NCBI RefSeq assembly: GCF_036321535.1
Contig: NC_087437.1
Location: 122,390,001 to 122,454,000, forward strand
DNA: 64,000 nt
From: Camelus dromedarius
Lineage: Eukaryota
Direction of reading: 5' to 3'
This document shows, one piece after another, positions 22,496-35,531 of this stretch. The notes beneath the pieces are model-generated. The model was not told where the DNA came from. It worked only from the letters and a program-made list of their open reading frames with translations, and searched no databases. The translations under genes and the position numbers were made by a program. Each line of letters starts with the position of its first letter. Position 1 is the first letter of the stretch.

Positions 22496-24849
22496 TGCAG
22501 ACAACACCCTTTCTTACACTGACTTTACCACTCAAAACATGACCAATTACGAGTAGAACGATTGGCTGTAAGGAGGGGTGGGGTGGGGTGGGGGCGTCAC
22601 GCGAGTGAGAACTGCTGTGAGCCTGTCCCCTCGGTGGCCTTTCCCAGCTCCCACGAGTGCTGCGGCGGGGCTCGGCCCCAGAGCCTGGGCCTCGTCCTGG
22701 TGCACAGCAAGGCCCTGCTCCAGGCCAGGGTGCGCACAGGGCAGGCAGGTCGCAGGTCCCACCGCCCTTGCGGGTGTCGGGTGAGGGTGATTTCCTCCCG
22801 TCCACGGTCCACGTGGGCGGGCTGTGTCTGCTGCTCCCACCGACGTTGGTGACCTCTTGCTGTGCTGGGCGTGCCTCCTCAGCTGCCTTAAAACGCTGTC
22901 TGAGACAAAGTGAAGGTTAAGAAAGAAGTCACACTGGGCTTCCAGCCGGCCTCAGCACGTGCAGCTCTGCCTTGGGGTCCCGTGGGCGCCTCGCGGGGCA
23001 AACGCAGGAGGGCGTGGCGCCAGTGGGCTGGTTCTTGGTCCCCTTTCCTGGTGCAGGTCCCATGTAGAATCCACCCTGTGCCCTTCTGTGTGTGGGCAAT
23101 GACACCGAGGCCTGAAAGGCCCGTGTGGGGCTCTCGTCCAGGTGGTGTAGGGCAGGCCCCGGGCTCGGGACCAGGTTCCATGAGGGCATGTGGGGTGTAG
23201 GTGCCCTTGGACTCCTGCCCTGACCTCAGACGGAAGTTGCATTTATCTGTTTGTAGATATTTGGCTTCTGTGAAAGACTTTTCCCTGAAGAATGTGATCT
23301 GTGGCTCAAAAAGGTTTCTCAAGAACCACGTATTTAAACCTCCTTGCAGCAGAGCTTTCAGCAGGTGTGGGGCTCACAGGATGTGCTGCCGGGACCGATC
23401 GCCCAGGGTGCCGAGAGGAAAGAGCCCTCCCTGTACCGCGGCCCGGGGCCCAGAGGGCCGCACACCATGGCTCAGCCTCCGGCCTGACCGTTAGCCGCGG
23501 CTTACCACGTGCCTTGGCGGATTTGCCTTTTCTTGGGCATTGATGTTTTCTTAGTTTTTTGAGTGCCCTTCACTGTGGGCAGAAGTGGTTCAGTGGTGTC
23601 TGTTTTGGGGGAAAGGGCATGTGGCTTGTCCCCTGTCCCTGGCCTCGCCCTGCCGGTCTGTGGTGCCCATCGCGCGGTTTTATTCCTGTTCGCCAGCACG
23701 CCGGCGTCCCTGTCACACCCGGCTGCTCTCGGGGTGCCACTCCCCGCGCCGTGAGCTGTCTGGCTGACCCACCCTTCCTGCAGGTGGTTGCGGTGCGAAT
23801 GGGGCAGTTAAAGGGCTTTGCGGCTGCTGTGTGTCCTAACTTGAAGTTGTGTTTGAATCCTTCCTTTTAAAAGATTGGGATTAAGTCTTTTCAGGAGAGA
23901 AAGTTTAAAAACATGATCTGTGTCAATTCAGAAATGACCTTTAGGACTTGAGAGGATAATCGTCGCGTTGTGCCGCGCAAACCCGTCTCCTGCTTGTCGT
24001 GATTGCGGTGAGAGTCGGAGGCCCCACACGGTGACTTGAAGTTTTCTAGGAGCTATGACCCGACTCCTGTGTGTTGTCACAGTGAAAGCACGTGGAGTGA
24101 GGGTGAGCGCCAGTGCCAGCGCTGCAGGTTCAGGGTCACTGCCCAGCACAGCTCCCCTCCTCCCACAGGGCAGCCGGGGCCCAGCACTCGGCTCCCCTGG
24201 CAGGGCTGGAGGAGGAGACCACGCAGCCCGGGGGCCGTCAGCCCTGCGCTGGGGCAGCGGGTCACGCGATTAAAGGGACCGGGATCAAGAGTCATCTGTT
24301 TTAGCGCTGTCCTTTCCTGTCTGCAAAGTAAATGAGAAAGTATTCACAATCTTGATATGCAAAATTAAAACATTTTGATTGTCTTAGAAACAGGCAACTT
24401 TTTTCATTCATTATTATCTTCAAATTGACTAGTTAGCATACCTTTCTGCTAAGAAGTTGTCACCAAGTACAGTTAACCCTTGAGCAACGTGGGAATTGGG
24501 GCCCTGAGTCCAAACAGTCAGAAATTTGCCTGTGACTTGTTGTTGGCTCTCAGTGCATGTGGTCCCTCCGTGCCCACCCTTCCTCTGAATTCTCAGCTCA
24601 GCCAGCCGTGGGTCGAGTGGTGCTGTGTCATTCACCGTGCAAGAGCCGACCCACACAGCTCAAACCCATGTTCAGAAGGCAGTTGTACTTTAAATCTGAG
24701 AAAGTCTGAGTCCTGCTGACTGTCTGCCCTGGTGACTCAGCAGCAGCCACGTCCAGCCTTTTCTTGCTTTGATGGACCTATTTTCATGGAAGGGTGTCTG
24801 TGCAGGATTCAGCTCCGCTTCGCATGATGATTTTTACTGTAGGTTTGTT

Positions 24850-25190
24850 TCGTTTTTTAGTTACAGCTTTACTGAGAGATGGATTCACACACCTTGAAAG
24901 TCACTCTTTCAGAGTGTACAGGTCGGTGGTTTTTGGTGTATTCACGAGGTTGTGCAGCTGCTGCTGCCCTCCAGTCCCCGAGCCTCTGCGTCTCCGCACA
25001 GGAGCCCCACCCACCAGCATCCCTCATCTCTCCCATCCCTGGCGCCACTGGTGGACTTTCTGTTTCTGTGGATTTGCCTTTTCTGGACATTTTATAGAAA
25101 TTGAATGATGCAATATGTGGCCTTTTGAGTTTGGCTTCTTCCACTTAGAACAGTGTTTTGTGGGCCCGTGCACGTTGTGGGGAGTGTCGG
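24850..25190 (-). mobile_element. Old L1 3' UTR fragment
   Basis: gtggatttgccttttctggacattttatagaaattgaatgatgcaatatgtggccttttg. Confidence 0.75.
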
Positions 25191-25254
25191 TGCTTGCTGT
25201 TTGCTGTCTCCACATCTCACGCCTGTCTTGTTCCTCCAGTCCCTCACTCCTGCC

Positions 25255-27490
25255 TTCGTTCATTTTAATTTCCTTGGTGTGTATTTTTCTACGTATTTTT
25301 TGAGCTGTTTTTTAGTGCTTGCCCCAGGGATTACAGCGAACACTTGAACAGTCTAGTCCACATTAACACCAACTTAATTTTATAGTTTACAAAACTGTCC
25401 CATGTAGCTTCATTCCTCCCTTCCCTCTGTGCTAATATTGTCATACAAAGAACATCCGTGGACATTTTGTGCTCATTGCTTTATCCAGTTGTCTTCTAAG
25501 TCAGATAGGAGAAAAAAGAATTGCAAACAAAAACTACGTTTATTTTGTCTTTTATATTAACGTGTATAATTACCTTTTCCAGTGTTTTTTATTTTTTCAT
25601 GTGGATTGAGGTTAATGTTGTTGAACTGAAATAAAACTACACAACGTGAGAGTTGTGGGTTCAGTTTTTATTTGGGGGCAAAGTGAAGACTGTAGCCCAG
25701 GAGACAGCATCCCAGAGCTCTGAGGAGCTGCACTGGAGAGGCAGGGGGAGCACGTCAGTATCATGGACGATTTCAGTGAAGGGGGGACGTGCGGTCAAGC
25801 ACACGTTTAGGCAGAGACTTGCCTAAACCAGGAGCAGATGTCACTGTTGATGATTTTAGTGCTTTTCTAGATAAGAGGAGACGCAAGAATTTGGGTCATA
25901 AAAACCTCTGAGGATGTCCAACTTTCTGAAGGTCTGTTCGGCCAGTTTTCCCAGAGCACAGAGCGCCTCCTTCCTGATCCGCGTGCTGATCAGGGAATGC
26001 CGGAGGTCCGCGGCTGCGGCTCGTGATCTAATACAAGCAGAGGTAGATGGCAAGTGCCAGTTTTTAGTTGGCAATGTCTGCTTTCCTTTCATTTTAGCCT
26101 GACGGGCTCCTGTTAGTGTTTCTTCAGGGGAGGGTCTGTTAGTGATGAGTTCTCTCAGTTTTTATTTATCTGTGAATGTCTTAATTGCTCCTTCATTTTA
26201 GAAAGAGTTTCTCGGATGTAACTTTCTTGGTTGACACTTTTTTTTAGCGCTGTGAGTATGCCATGCTACTACCTGTTGGCCTCCGTGCTTTCTGATGAGT
26301 GAGCTGCTAATCTTACTGAGGGTCTGCTTTGTTGGGTTGCTCCTCTCTTGCTGCTTTCAAGGTTCTTTGTCTTTCAGAACTTCGATTATGATGGGTCTAG
26401 GTGTGCATCTCTCTGAGTTTATCCTACTTGGAGTTCATTGAGCTTCTTCTGTGTGTAGATTAATATTTTTCATCAGATTTGCAAAATTTTTGGCCATGTT
26501 CTCCTCAAGTATTCTTCTGCCCTGTTCCCTTTCTCCTTTCTTCTGGGACCCTCATTATGTGTATGCTGTTCTTTGAGGGTGTCCCACAGGACTTTGAGGC
26601 CCTACTTACTTTTTTTCATTCTTTTTTTTTTCCTGTTCCCCAGACTGAATAATCTCATTTGACCTGAATTCGTGTTTGCTGATCCTTCTGTCCACTCAGA
26701 TCTGCTGTTGAGCCCTCAGTGAATCTTTATTTCAGTAATTGTGCTTTCCAGCTTCAGAATCTTGTCTGGTTTCATTTATAACCTGTCTCTTTGTTGAGGG
26801 GCTCTGGTTGGGGCATGCCTCCAGTGCTCTGGCAGGTAGTTTCCATCTCTGCTTTCGCTGTCACCTCCTGCTTGTGCAGAGCTGCAAGGTCAGTGAGCAG
26901 TGAGAGCTGAGAGCCTTGTCTGGTCCTCAGGGCAGGTGCACAGTCCTACCCAGTTGGACTAGTGGCTTCCAGGACTGTACCAGAGCTTTTCAGAGCCGCC
27001 TCTGGACCTTTCCTCCTCCAGTGTTTCCTCTTAGGGTTTTGGTCATTGTCTCCTCCTGTTTTCACCGCCTCAGTTGCTGCGGATTTTTTTTTTAACAAAG
27101 AGCTTGGGGCTAGGCTTTTGAGGTGAGCTTTGCATCAGATCAAGTAAAGACCAGATTTACAAATAGAGCTGTTCAGCGAGCTGCCAGACAGGTCAGTTGG
27201 TGGCAGTGAGCAGTGGTGCTTTGGGGGAGATGCAGACCCATTCTGCCCCCACCCCTCGCCCATGGCTGCTGGGCTGCGTTTTCAAGGTTGTCTTAGAGGT
27301 TGAGTGGTGGGTTGGGCAGGTTCAAACACCCCGAAGCTTGCTATTTTGATGGAGAATCAACTTTTGTTTTCAATAAACACTTTAATTTCCAAAGCTCTGA
27401 AAAAGTTGATTTTGACAATTTTTGCCAGTGCTCTCGGTGCTTTTATAGAGGAACGGATTTTTATTCTGCCATTCTTGAAGTGCTACCTCT
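25255..27490 (-). mobile_element. Old L1 5' half (inter-ORF, ORF1, 5' UTR), interrupted by a solo LTR
   Basis: ctctgagtttatcctacttggagttcattgagcttctt; tcagatctgctgttgagccc; gaaaaagttgattttgacaatttttgccagtg. Confidence 0.75.
25619..26073 (-). mobile_element. ERV1-class solo LTR (MER41-like)
   Basis: TG...CA termini, imperfect terminal inverted repeat, 4-bp TSD ATGT at 25615-25618 and 26074-26077, AATAAA on the minus strand at 25667-25672; family name is from recall. Confidence 0.85.
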
Positions 27491-27885
27491 GGTTAAAAAA
27501 AAAGTAATTTTATTAATATAGTTTAATTCATTAGGTGAACGTTGTTTAAAATACTTTTACTGTTTAGGAAGAAACAGGATTTTTCTTTTTAAAACCAGAG
27601 GAACTTAGGTTTCTGAGTATTCTGGGTTTTGATGGTCGTGGTACCCTGAGGATGGAGAACCCTTAATATGACCAGTGGGGAAGGCAGCAGGCGTTTCTTT
27701 GTGTTCTGTGAGATAAGCACGTTGGACACACATTCACCCGGGTGCTGGCCTTGGCCTTATGAGAGTACAGACTCAGTAAATACGTGTTGAATGAGCTAGG
27801 TTCTGGTGGGTAGCAATGCAGTGAAGCAAGCGTAATTTTATAGCTTAATTGAGTCTTTCGTTGTTAACAGTGTTCTTTTGTGCAG

Positions 27886-28032
27886 GGTGAGTTTGAAGGT
27901 GAGAAGAAAGCTGCTTTGTGGGAGGAAGAGGAGACGCATAGACCTGAGCAGGAGCAGGTACAGTCTCGTCACCAGAAAGAGAAGGAGTCTCTGTCTCTGC
28001 AGCTTCAGGAGAAGGATCACCAGATTCTGCAG
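27886..28032 (+). CDS. PCNT: PCNT exon (about exon 16), 147 nt
   Basis: ttttgtgcag|GGTGAG...CTGCAG|gttcgt; GEFEGEKKAALWEEEE...HQKEKESLSLQLQEKDHQILQ. Confidence 0.95.
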
Positions 28033-28061
28033 GTTCGTGGAACGTGTCTTCTCGGTGAAGA

Positions 28062-28905
28062 CTTTCTTTGTAAAATGTGCATAACATAATTTTTACCCTT
28101 TCAGCCACGGTAAGTGTACAGTTCGGTGGCATTAACCCCATTTGTAGTGCTGTGCAGGTATCAGCACCATCCGTTTCCGGAACCTGCTCCTCATCCCAGG
28201 CAGAAGCTCTGTCCCCAAGAACAGTGATTCCCGTCCCCTCCTTGCAGCCTGGGCACTGACCGCTGGCCTCTCTGCCTCCGTGAATTTGGCGGCTCTCAGT
28301 CTCGTTCTTCTGTCTGGCTTATTCCACTTCACACGTGTACTCTAGGTCCATCCGCCTGTAGCACGTACCACCGTTCACGGCTTTTCATGGCCGAGCAATA
28401 TTCCATTGTGTGTAGATGACACATTCCGTTCCCTTGTCCGTCTGCTGTGTGTAGATGACACATTCTGTTCCCTTGTCCATCTGCTGATGGCTGTCTCCTC
28501 TTTTGGCTGTGCTGCACAGTGCTGCCATGAACACTGGGGTGCAGGTGTTTGTTTCCACTCCTGCTTTCGGCTTTTTGGGGTGTATGTCTAGGACAGGTGA
28601 TGGGTCACGTGATAATTCCATGTTTAGCTTTTTGAAGAACTGCTGAGCAGATGTCCACAGAGGCTGTGGCATATGGTGCATTTCCACCAGCAGTGCACAA
28701 GGGTTCCAGCTTCTCTACATTTTTGTCGATACTTGTTTTTCATTTTTAAAAATAATAGCCATCGTAGTGGAAGTGAGATGATACCTCGTTTTTATTTGCG
28801 TTTCCCTACTGATTAGTGATGTTGGACAGCTTTTCATGGGTTTAATGGCCATTTTCATCCGTTCAGGTCCTTGAGAATTTTTGAATTGGGTTTTTTTTTG
28901 TTGTT
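28062..28905 (-). mobile_element. L1MB-like 3' region
   Basis: taagtgtacagttcggtggcattaa; catttccaccagcagtgcacaagggttcc; aataatagccatcgtagtgg. Confidence 0.8.
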
Positions 28906-29574
28906 GTTCATTATTATTGAAAATATAGATGTATAATCATACTGTTTTTAGAGACAGTCCCACTGTGTAGCTTTTTCAAAGTTGTAGTAGTACTGCTTCT
29001 TTTTTTTCTGACTCTGCCATCATTATAGGGTCACTGGATTTGAACTTACTAACACAGTCTTGTGAGTGTGTGTAGGCATTGTGACAGGCGCGTTACGTAT
29101 GAGGCAGTTTTCTCCCTCTCGGGACACTGAGGCCTAGGAGGGTTCTATTAATTTGCTAGTGGTCCATTGGCCAGGGCTTCTGAATGCAGACTCTGCACAT
29201 GGGTGTGTCTGACTTAGTTTGGTACCAACGGTGTAAAAATCACTCCCAGCCAGATTCAGGGCAGCATGTGTCTGTGGAGGTCAGTCATCACCTGCAGATC
29301 AAGGAGCATGTTCCTAGCTGCAGAAGCCCCTCATGTGCTAGGAGCCCAGCCACGAGAAGGGAGGAGAGGTTGGGGGTGGGTGCAGCAGAGCAAGGAAGGC
29401 ACCAGGGCTTAGGCAGGAAGGGGATTCCATGAGGAAGAGAGCCTTTTGAAGTATATCTTAAACTTTTCAAAGTTCCAGGCATTTCTGCTGATACAATATA
29501 TGCATTCTTAAAAAAACTTCTCATTCTGTAAAAAATACTAAAAGTAACATGGCTCGTGGGCAAAATACTGTTAG

Positions 29575-32045
29575 ATCACTACAATCAAGTTGGATTCATC
29601 TCAGGACACAAGGATGGTTCGACATACCCAGATAATCAATGTGATACATCCCATCAGCAAAAGAAAGGACAAAAATCACATGATCATCTCAATACATGCA
29701 AAAAGAGTTTTAGATAAAATTCGTCATCCATTCATGATAAAAACTCTTACTTACCAAAGTGGGTACAGAGGGAACATATCTCAACATAATAAAAGTTATT
29801 TGTAACAAAACTACAGCCAGCATAATACTCAATGGTGAAAACTTGAAAGCCTTCCCACTAAAATCTGGAATAAGACAGGGATGCCCACTCATACCGCTTC
29901 TGTTCAACCTAGTCTTAGAAGTTCTAGCCACAGCTATCAGACAAGAAAAAGAAATAAACGGGATCCAAATTGGAAGAGAAGTGGTGAAACTGTCACTATA
30001 TGCAGATGACATGATACTATGTATAGAAAACCCTAAAGATTCCATACAAAAACTATTAAAGCTGATAAAGCAAATTCAGCAAGGTAGCAGGACACAAGAT
30101 TCACATACAGAAATTTGTTGCATTTCTCTGCACTCACAATGAAATATCAGGAAAGTAGGGAAACAATCCCTTTTAAAATTGCATCCAAAAAAATAAAATA
30201 TTTAGGAATAAATCTGACCAAGGAAGTAAAAGTCTTGTAAGTGGAGAACTACAAAACATTGACTAAGGAAATTAAAGATGACTTAAAGAAATAGAAAGAT
30301 ATCCCATGCTCTTGGATTGGAAGAATTAATATTGTTAAAATGGCCATACTATCCAGAGCAATCTACAGATTTAATGTGATCCCTATCAAATTACTCAGGA
30401 CATTTTTCACAGAACTAGAACAAATAATCCTAAAATTTATATGGAATCACAAAAGACCCAGAATTGCCAAAGCATTACTGAAGAAAAGGATGAAACTGGA
30501 GGAATAATCCTCCTACACTTCAGACAATACTACAGAGCTACAATAATCAAAACAGCGTGGTATTGGCACAAAAACAGACTTATGGATCAGTGGAACAGAA
30601 TAGAGAGCCCAGAAATGAACTCACAGAAGTACCATCAATTAATCTTCGACAAAGAAAGCAAGAATATACAGTGGAGAAAAGACTATCTCTTCAGCAAGTG
30701 GTGTTGGGAAAACTGGATAGCAGCATGTAAATCAATGAAGTTAGAATACTCTCACACCATACACAAAAATAAACTCAAAATGGATTAAAGACTTAAACAT
30801 CAGACAAGACACTATAAACCTCCTAGAAGAAAACATAGGCAAAACATTTTCTCACATAAATCTTAGCAGTGTTCTCCTAGGTCAGTCTACCCAGGCAATA
30901 CAAATAAGAGCAAAAATAAACACATGGGACCTAATTAAACTTATGATCTTCTGCACAGCAAAGGAAATCATAAGCAAAACAAAAAGACAACCTATGGAAT
31001 GGGAGGAAGTATTTGCAAAAGATGAAACTGATAAGGGCTTAATTTCCAGAATAAGCAGCTCGTACAATGTAATAACAAAAAAATAAACAACCCAATCCGG
31101 AAATGGGCAGAAGACCTAAACAAACATTTTTCCAATGAAGACATACAAATGGCCAATAGGCACATGAAAAAATGCTCAATATCACTAATTATCAGAGAAA
31201 TGCAAATCAAAACTACAATGAGGTATCATCACCTCACACCAGTCAGAATGGCCATCATTAAAAAGTCCATGAACAGTAAGTGCTGGAGAGGCTGTGGAGA
31301 AAGTGAACCATCCTACACTGTTGGTGGGAAGGCAGTTTAGTGCAGCCATTATGGAGGACAGTATGGAGATTCCTTAAAAAACTAAAAATAGACATACCCT
31401 ATGATCCGGCAATCCCACTCCTGGGCATGTATCTGGAGGAGACTCTAATTTGAAAAGATACAAGCACCCCAGTGTTCGTAGCAGCACTATTTACAATGGC
31501 CAAGACATGGAAACAACCTAAATGTCCATCAACAGATGACTGGGTAAAGAAACTGGTATTTTTATACAATGGAATACTACTCAGCCATAAAAAATAATAA
31601 AATAATGCCATTTGTAGCAACATAAGATGGACCTGGAGATTGTCATTCTTAGTGAAGTAAGCCAGAAAGAAAGAAAAATACCATATGATATCACTCACAT
31701 GTGGAATCTAAAAAAACGATACAAGTGAACTTATTTACAAAACAGAAACAGACTCACAGCTATAGAAAACAAACTTACGGTTATCAGAGGGGAAGGCGGA
31801 GGGTGGAGAGATGAATTGGGAGTTTGGGATTAGCAGGTACAAGCTACTATATACAAGATAGGTAAACGAGAAGGTTGTACTGTACAGCACAGGGAAGTAA
31901 ATTCAGTACCTTGTGAAGGCCTATAATGGAAGGAACATGAAAAAGAATATACATCTGCATGTGTAACTGAATCACTGTGCTGTACAGCAGAAATTAACAC
32001 AACATTGTAAACTGATTATGCTTCAGTTAAACAAAAGGAAAAACT
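29575..32045 (+). mobile_element. 5'-truncated, relatively young L1: ORF2 reverse transcriptase and C-terminus plus 3' UTR, frameshifted
   Basis: [30 protein letters not shown] (YADD at 29999-30010), [34 protein letters not shown]-rich end. Confidence 0.97.
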
Positions 32046-32799
32046 CTGATTTTATAACAAGTTCCAAAAGCCCAAAAGCAACGACAATTCTATTTAAAGT
32101 ATTGGCACAGGTAGAAGAAATGTTAAACTCTGAATTAAGAGAGAAACTGCAAAGTGTATCTTTACCTTTAAAGGTGGGTTAACACTTAGAGTTGGGAGGG
32201 GTGTGAGCGAGGATTGCAGAGGAAAGACTGAAAGGCACTGGGAGTTGGGGGTGCTCTCGTGTGAACACGTGGGGCTGGAGCAGCAGGAGACCTGCGTAGG
32301 TGCATGGGCCTGGGGCTCTGCTGCCGCCCAGGGGTGTCCCCAGAGGTCAGGGAGAAGGGTACGCGGCCTTCAGGCCGACTGGACTTGCAGGAAGCTGTTT
32401 TCACTGTGAAGTTATCTTACAAGTGCCCTTAAAATGTGCTTGTTGGGTAAAGTGACGCTGTGGAGTGAGGACCTGTGTCCTGCCACCCAGGTTAGGTGCC
32501 TGAAAGACTCCTCCGGCCTCCCCCACCCTCCGTCCACCGAGGTGACCGCTTTCGATCTGCCTAGGTTTCTCACTCACTGACGTGTTCCTGAGGCTCTGCT
32601 GTGGGGATTTGGCTGTTTTCGGCCTTCACAAGTGGCTGTGTCACCGGGTTGACTGCAGGTGCCCCGATGTCGCTGGCAGGACTGCCCCACCATCCTCGTT
32701 GCCGGATGTCCTCTGTCCGGTGCATGTGCCCCAGCGGCTCAGCAGTGGACTGGGCTTATTACTGGTTTTCTGCCTTTATGAGTCGAGCCGCCCTGAGTT

Positions 32800-34900
32800 T
32801 TCTAGGAGCTTCTTATCCCTGCAAGTGTGTTCCGCCCGCGTGCAGCCTGGTCAGGCGGCGCCAGCCTGTTTCTGAGTGCGTCCACCACGCGTGCCCTCGA
32901 GTGCCTGCTACTCCACCTCCTCGCCAGGACTTGGGATGTTCCTGCTTTTTAATTCTTGCCAGTTCTGTGGCAACGAAGTGCTGTTTCGTGGTGGTCTTAA
33001 TTTGCTGATGAGACTGTGTTTTTTACTGTGTTTGTGGTCCACTTTTGTTTCCCCATCTGTGAAAACGCCGTTTTGTGTCTTTGGCCATTTTCTGTTTGAA
33101 ACAGTTGCCTGCCTGCTCCCTGCTGGTCTAGGGACGTCCCTTGTGTTTCTGGGTTTTTTCTAGTTTGTGTTTTTTTCCTTCGTTTTGTTATCTTCTGACA
33201 AGCAGGTGTTCTTGGTTGATGAGTTAATGCGATTACCTTTTTTCTTTTGCAGTTTGTACTTTGCCTGCCTTGCTTAAGAAATCATTTCCTATTTCACATA
33301 AGCATTCTCTGATTATTTTCCGAGTTGTCGTTTTAATTCACTTGGAAGGATACACGGAAGCAGAGTTATTTCCCATGAGGGCTGAGACCTGCGTGTTGAG
33401 TCTATCCCTGCCTTGCTTGCTGCCCACGGGCCACGGGGTCATGGGTCATGGGTCAGGCTCACATGTGCATGTGCGTGGCCTCTGGCCTGCCTCCTAGGTT
33501 TGTTTGGTCAGTCTGTCTGCCCCGAGCTATGCCCTGCAGTTCCAGGGGCCCAGCACGTGGCCCGCAGCTCGCGGCCCCAGCTCCGCTCTTTTCAGGGATG
33601 TTTGCTGTTGCTGGCCCCCAGCTCTCGGGAGCACCAGGCTCGGAAGTCTTCTGCGGGGTTGTGGGCGAAATGCATTGTCTCTGCACTCCTTCAGGGGGAA
33701 CTGACGTCTTTACAAGATGGATGTGTTCTGGGATTCTGGAATACCTCTTTTTAATTGATTTTGGTAGTTGCTGCCACTGGATTTTATAATTTTCTCCATG
33801 GAGACCTTGCATATCGTTTGTTAGATCTGTATTTCAACACTTGTGATCAGGTGCTTTAATTGCACTTTAAAACCGATGGTTATTGAGTACAGATGGCCCC
33901 TAACTTAAAATGGTTTGACTTAGGATTTTTGGATTCCATGACAGTGCAAAAGTGATACACATTCAGTGCAAACCATACTTTGAACTTTTGTCTTTTCCTG
34001 GGCTAGTGCTATGGTCCGATCCCCTCTCATGCAGGATGGGGCAGCCGTGGGTCAGGAGGATGAACAGCTGGCGATGACAGCCCTCCAGCTTCTCCCTTCC
34101 ACACAGCGTCAGCCAGCACTTCAGTATCAAACGGGCTTTGTGTTAAGATTGTGCCCAGCCGTAGGCGGCGTGAGTGTCCGAGCTCGTTAACGGCAGGCGG
34201 AGCGAAGCTGTGATGTTTGGTAGGTCAGGTGTATTAAGTGCATTTTCGACTTAGAGGTCTAGTTTGAAGTTTACGACGGGTTTGTCAGGACGCAGCCCCG
34301 TCGTAAGCTGAGGAAGGTCTGTGTGAAATGCAGCCGCTCTTGTGTCCTGACCTGACTGGGGAGTCTTCCGCCTTTAACACTAAGGGTAGTATTTGCTACG
34401 GGAAGTTGTTGGTGATCTTTTTCAGGTGAAGGAAGATTTCGTCTCTCCAATTTGTGATAGATATTTATCATATGGGTGTTAAATTTGCTTTTTCTCCATT
34501 TATTGATATATTATTTTTCTCATTTAACCTGTTAACATAAATCACTTCAATGATTTTCTAACATTAAACCAGCGTATCTATGTGATAAAATGAGACACAA
34601 TTTCCAGGTATTCCTCTATTCTATTTTCTAGTATCCTTTTTAAACCTTTGCCATCGTGTTTCTTTTCATTGTGATTGACTATAATTTTCCTTTCTTTCAC
34701 GGTTCAGTCTCAAAACAAGTGAGGAGTGTCCTCTCCCGCAGCCTTTCTACTCTCTGGAAGAGTCTTTATGTGATTGAAATGATCTGTTCCTTAAATGTTT
34801 AATGAAATCATTTAAGGGGAAAGCTGCCTACACTTAAACTTTCTTTGTGGGAAGACATTAAAGTAAAAATCTGATTTTTAAAGTGTAATAAGACCATATT
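32800..34900 (-). mobile_element. Very old degraded L1 pieces around the Tigger element
   Basis: T-rich, with L1-like strings such as gctcttgtgtcctgacc and acattaaaccag; boundaries uncertain. Confidence 0.45.
33890..34321 (-). mobile_element. Tigger5/MER47-like non-autonomous Tc1/mariner DNA transposon
   Basis: TA|CAGATGGCCCCTAACTTA ... CGTCGTAAGCTGAGGAAGGTCTG degenerate terminal inverted repeats; internal ggtgtattaagtgcattttcgactta. Confidence 0.8.
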
Positions 34901-35531
34901 TTCTGTGTTGTTAAGATTTTTATTTGCACTTTTTCTTGTTCAAAGTTGCTTGTCATCCCTGTTAGGTTTTCTCCCCCAGTTTCTGTGTTCTCTCAGCAGT
35001 GGAGGAAGGAGGACTGGCTGAGGGACAAGTCTGCTGTCCCGTGGGCTCTGCGTGGATTTGCCGCCCCCGCCCGCACTCCAGCAGCCCTGACCCGTCGGGC
35101 ATGCGGCTCCTGTGCTGGCGGCGCGGCTCCTCTTCTGTCTCTTTTGTCCATTTTTTGGTCATTGTTTGCCACCTTGAACCCTGTTTAGTTTTTCCATTTT
35201 CTCTAATTTTTTCAGCTACCTGAATGTCTTAGCCTGTCATAACGAGTGGTTTACCGAATCTACACTCTTTCCTGAGTTCTCTCTGCCCCCAACACTGAAG
35301 CCGTTTACAGTTTCTTTCATTCTCTTCAGTAAATTGGTTTCACAGTTTCACTCTCTCTTCCTCTGGCTGGTGTCCTCTCAGTGTCCTTTCTGACATTGTT
35401 TTACGGGACCCCTGCTGCTCCCTCATCTGTTTTCTCCTCCCCACAAACCTGCTCTTGGAGAAAGAAAGCCCTTCACAGAAACTTAATTTTAACTGAATTG
35501 TTCTAACTAAAGCTTTGTTTTTCTTCAACAG

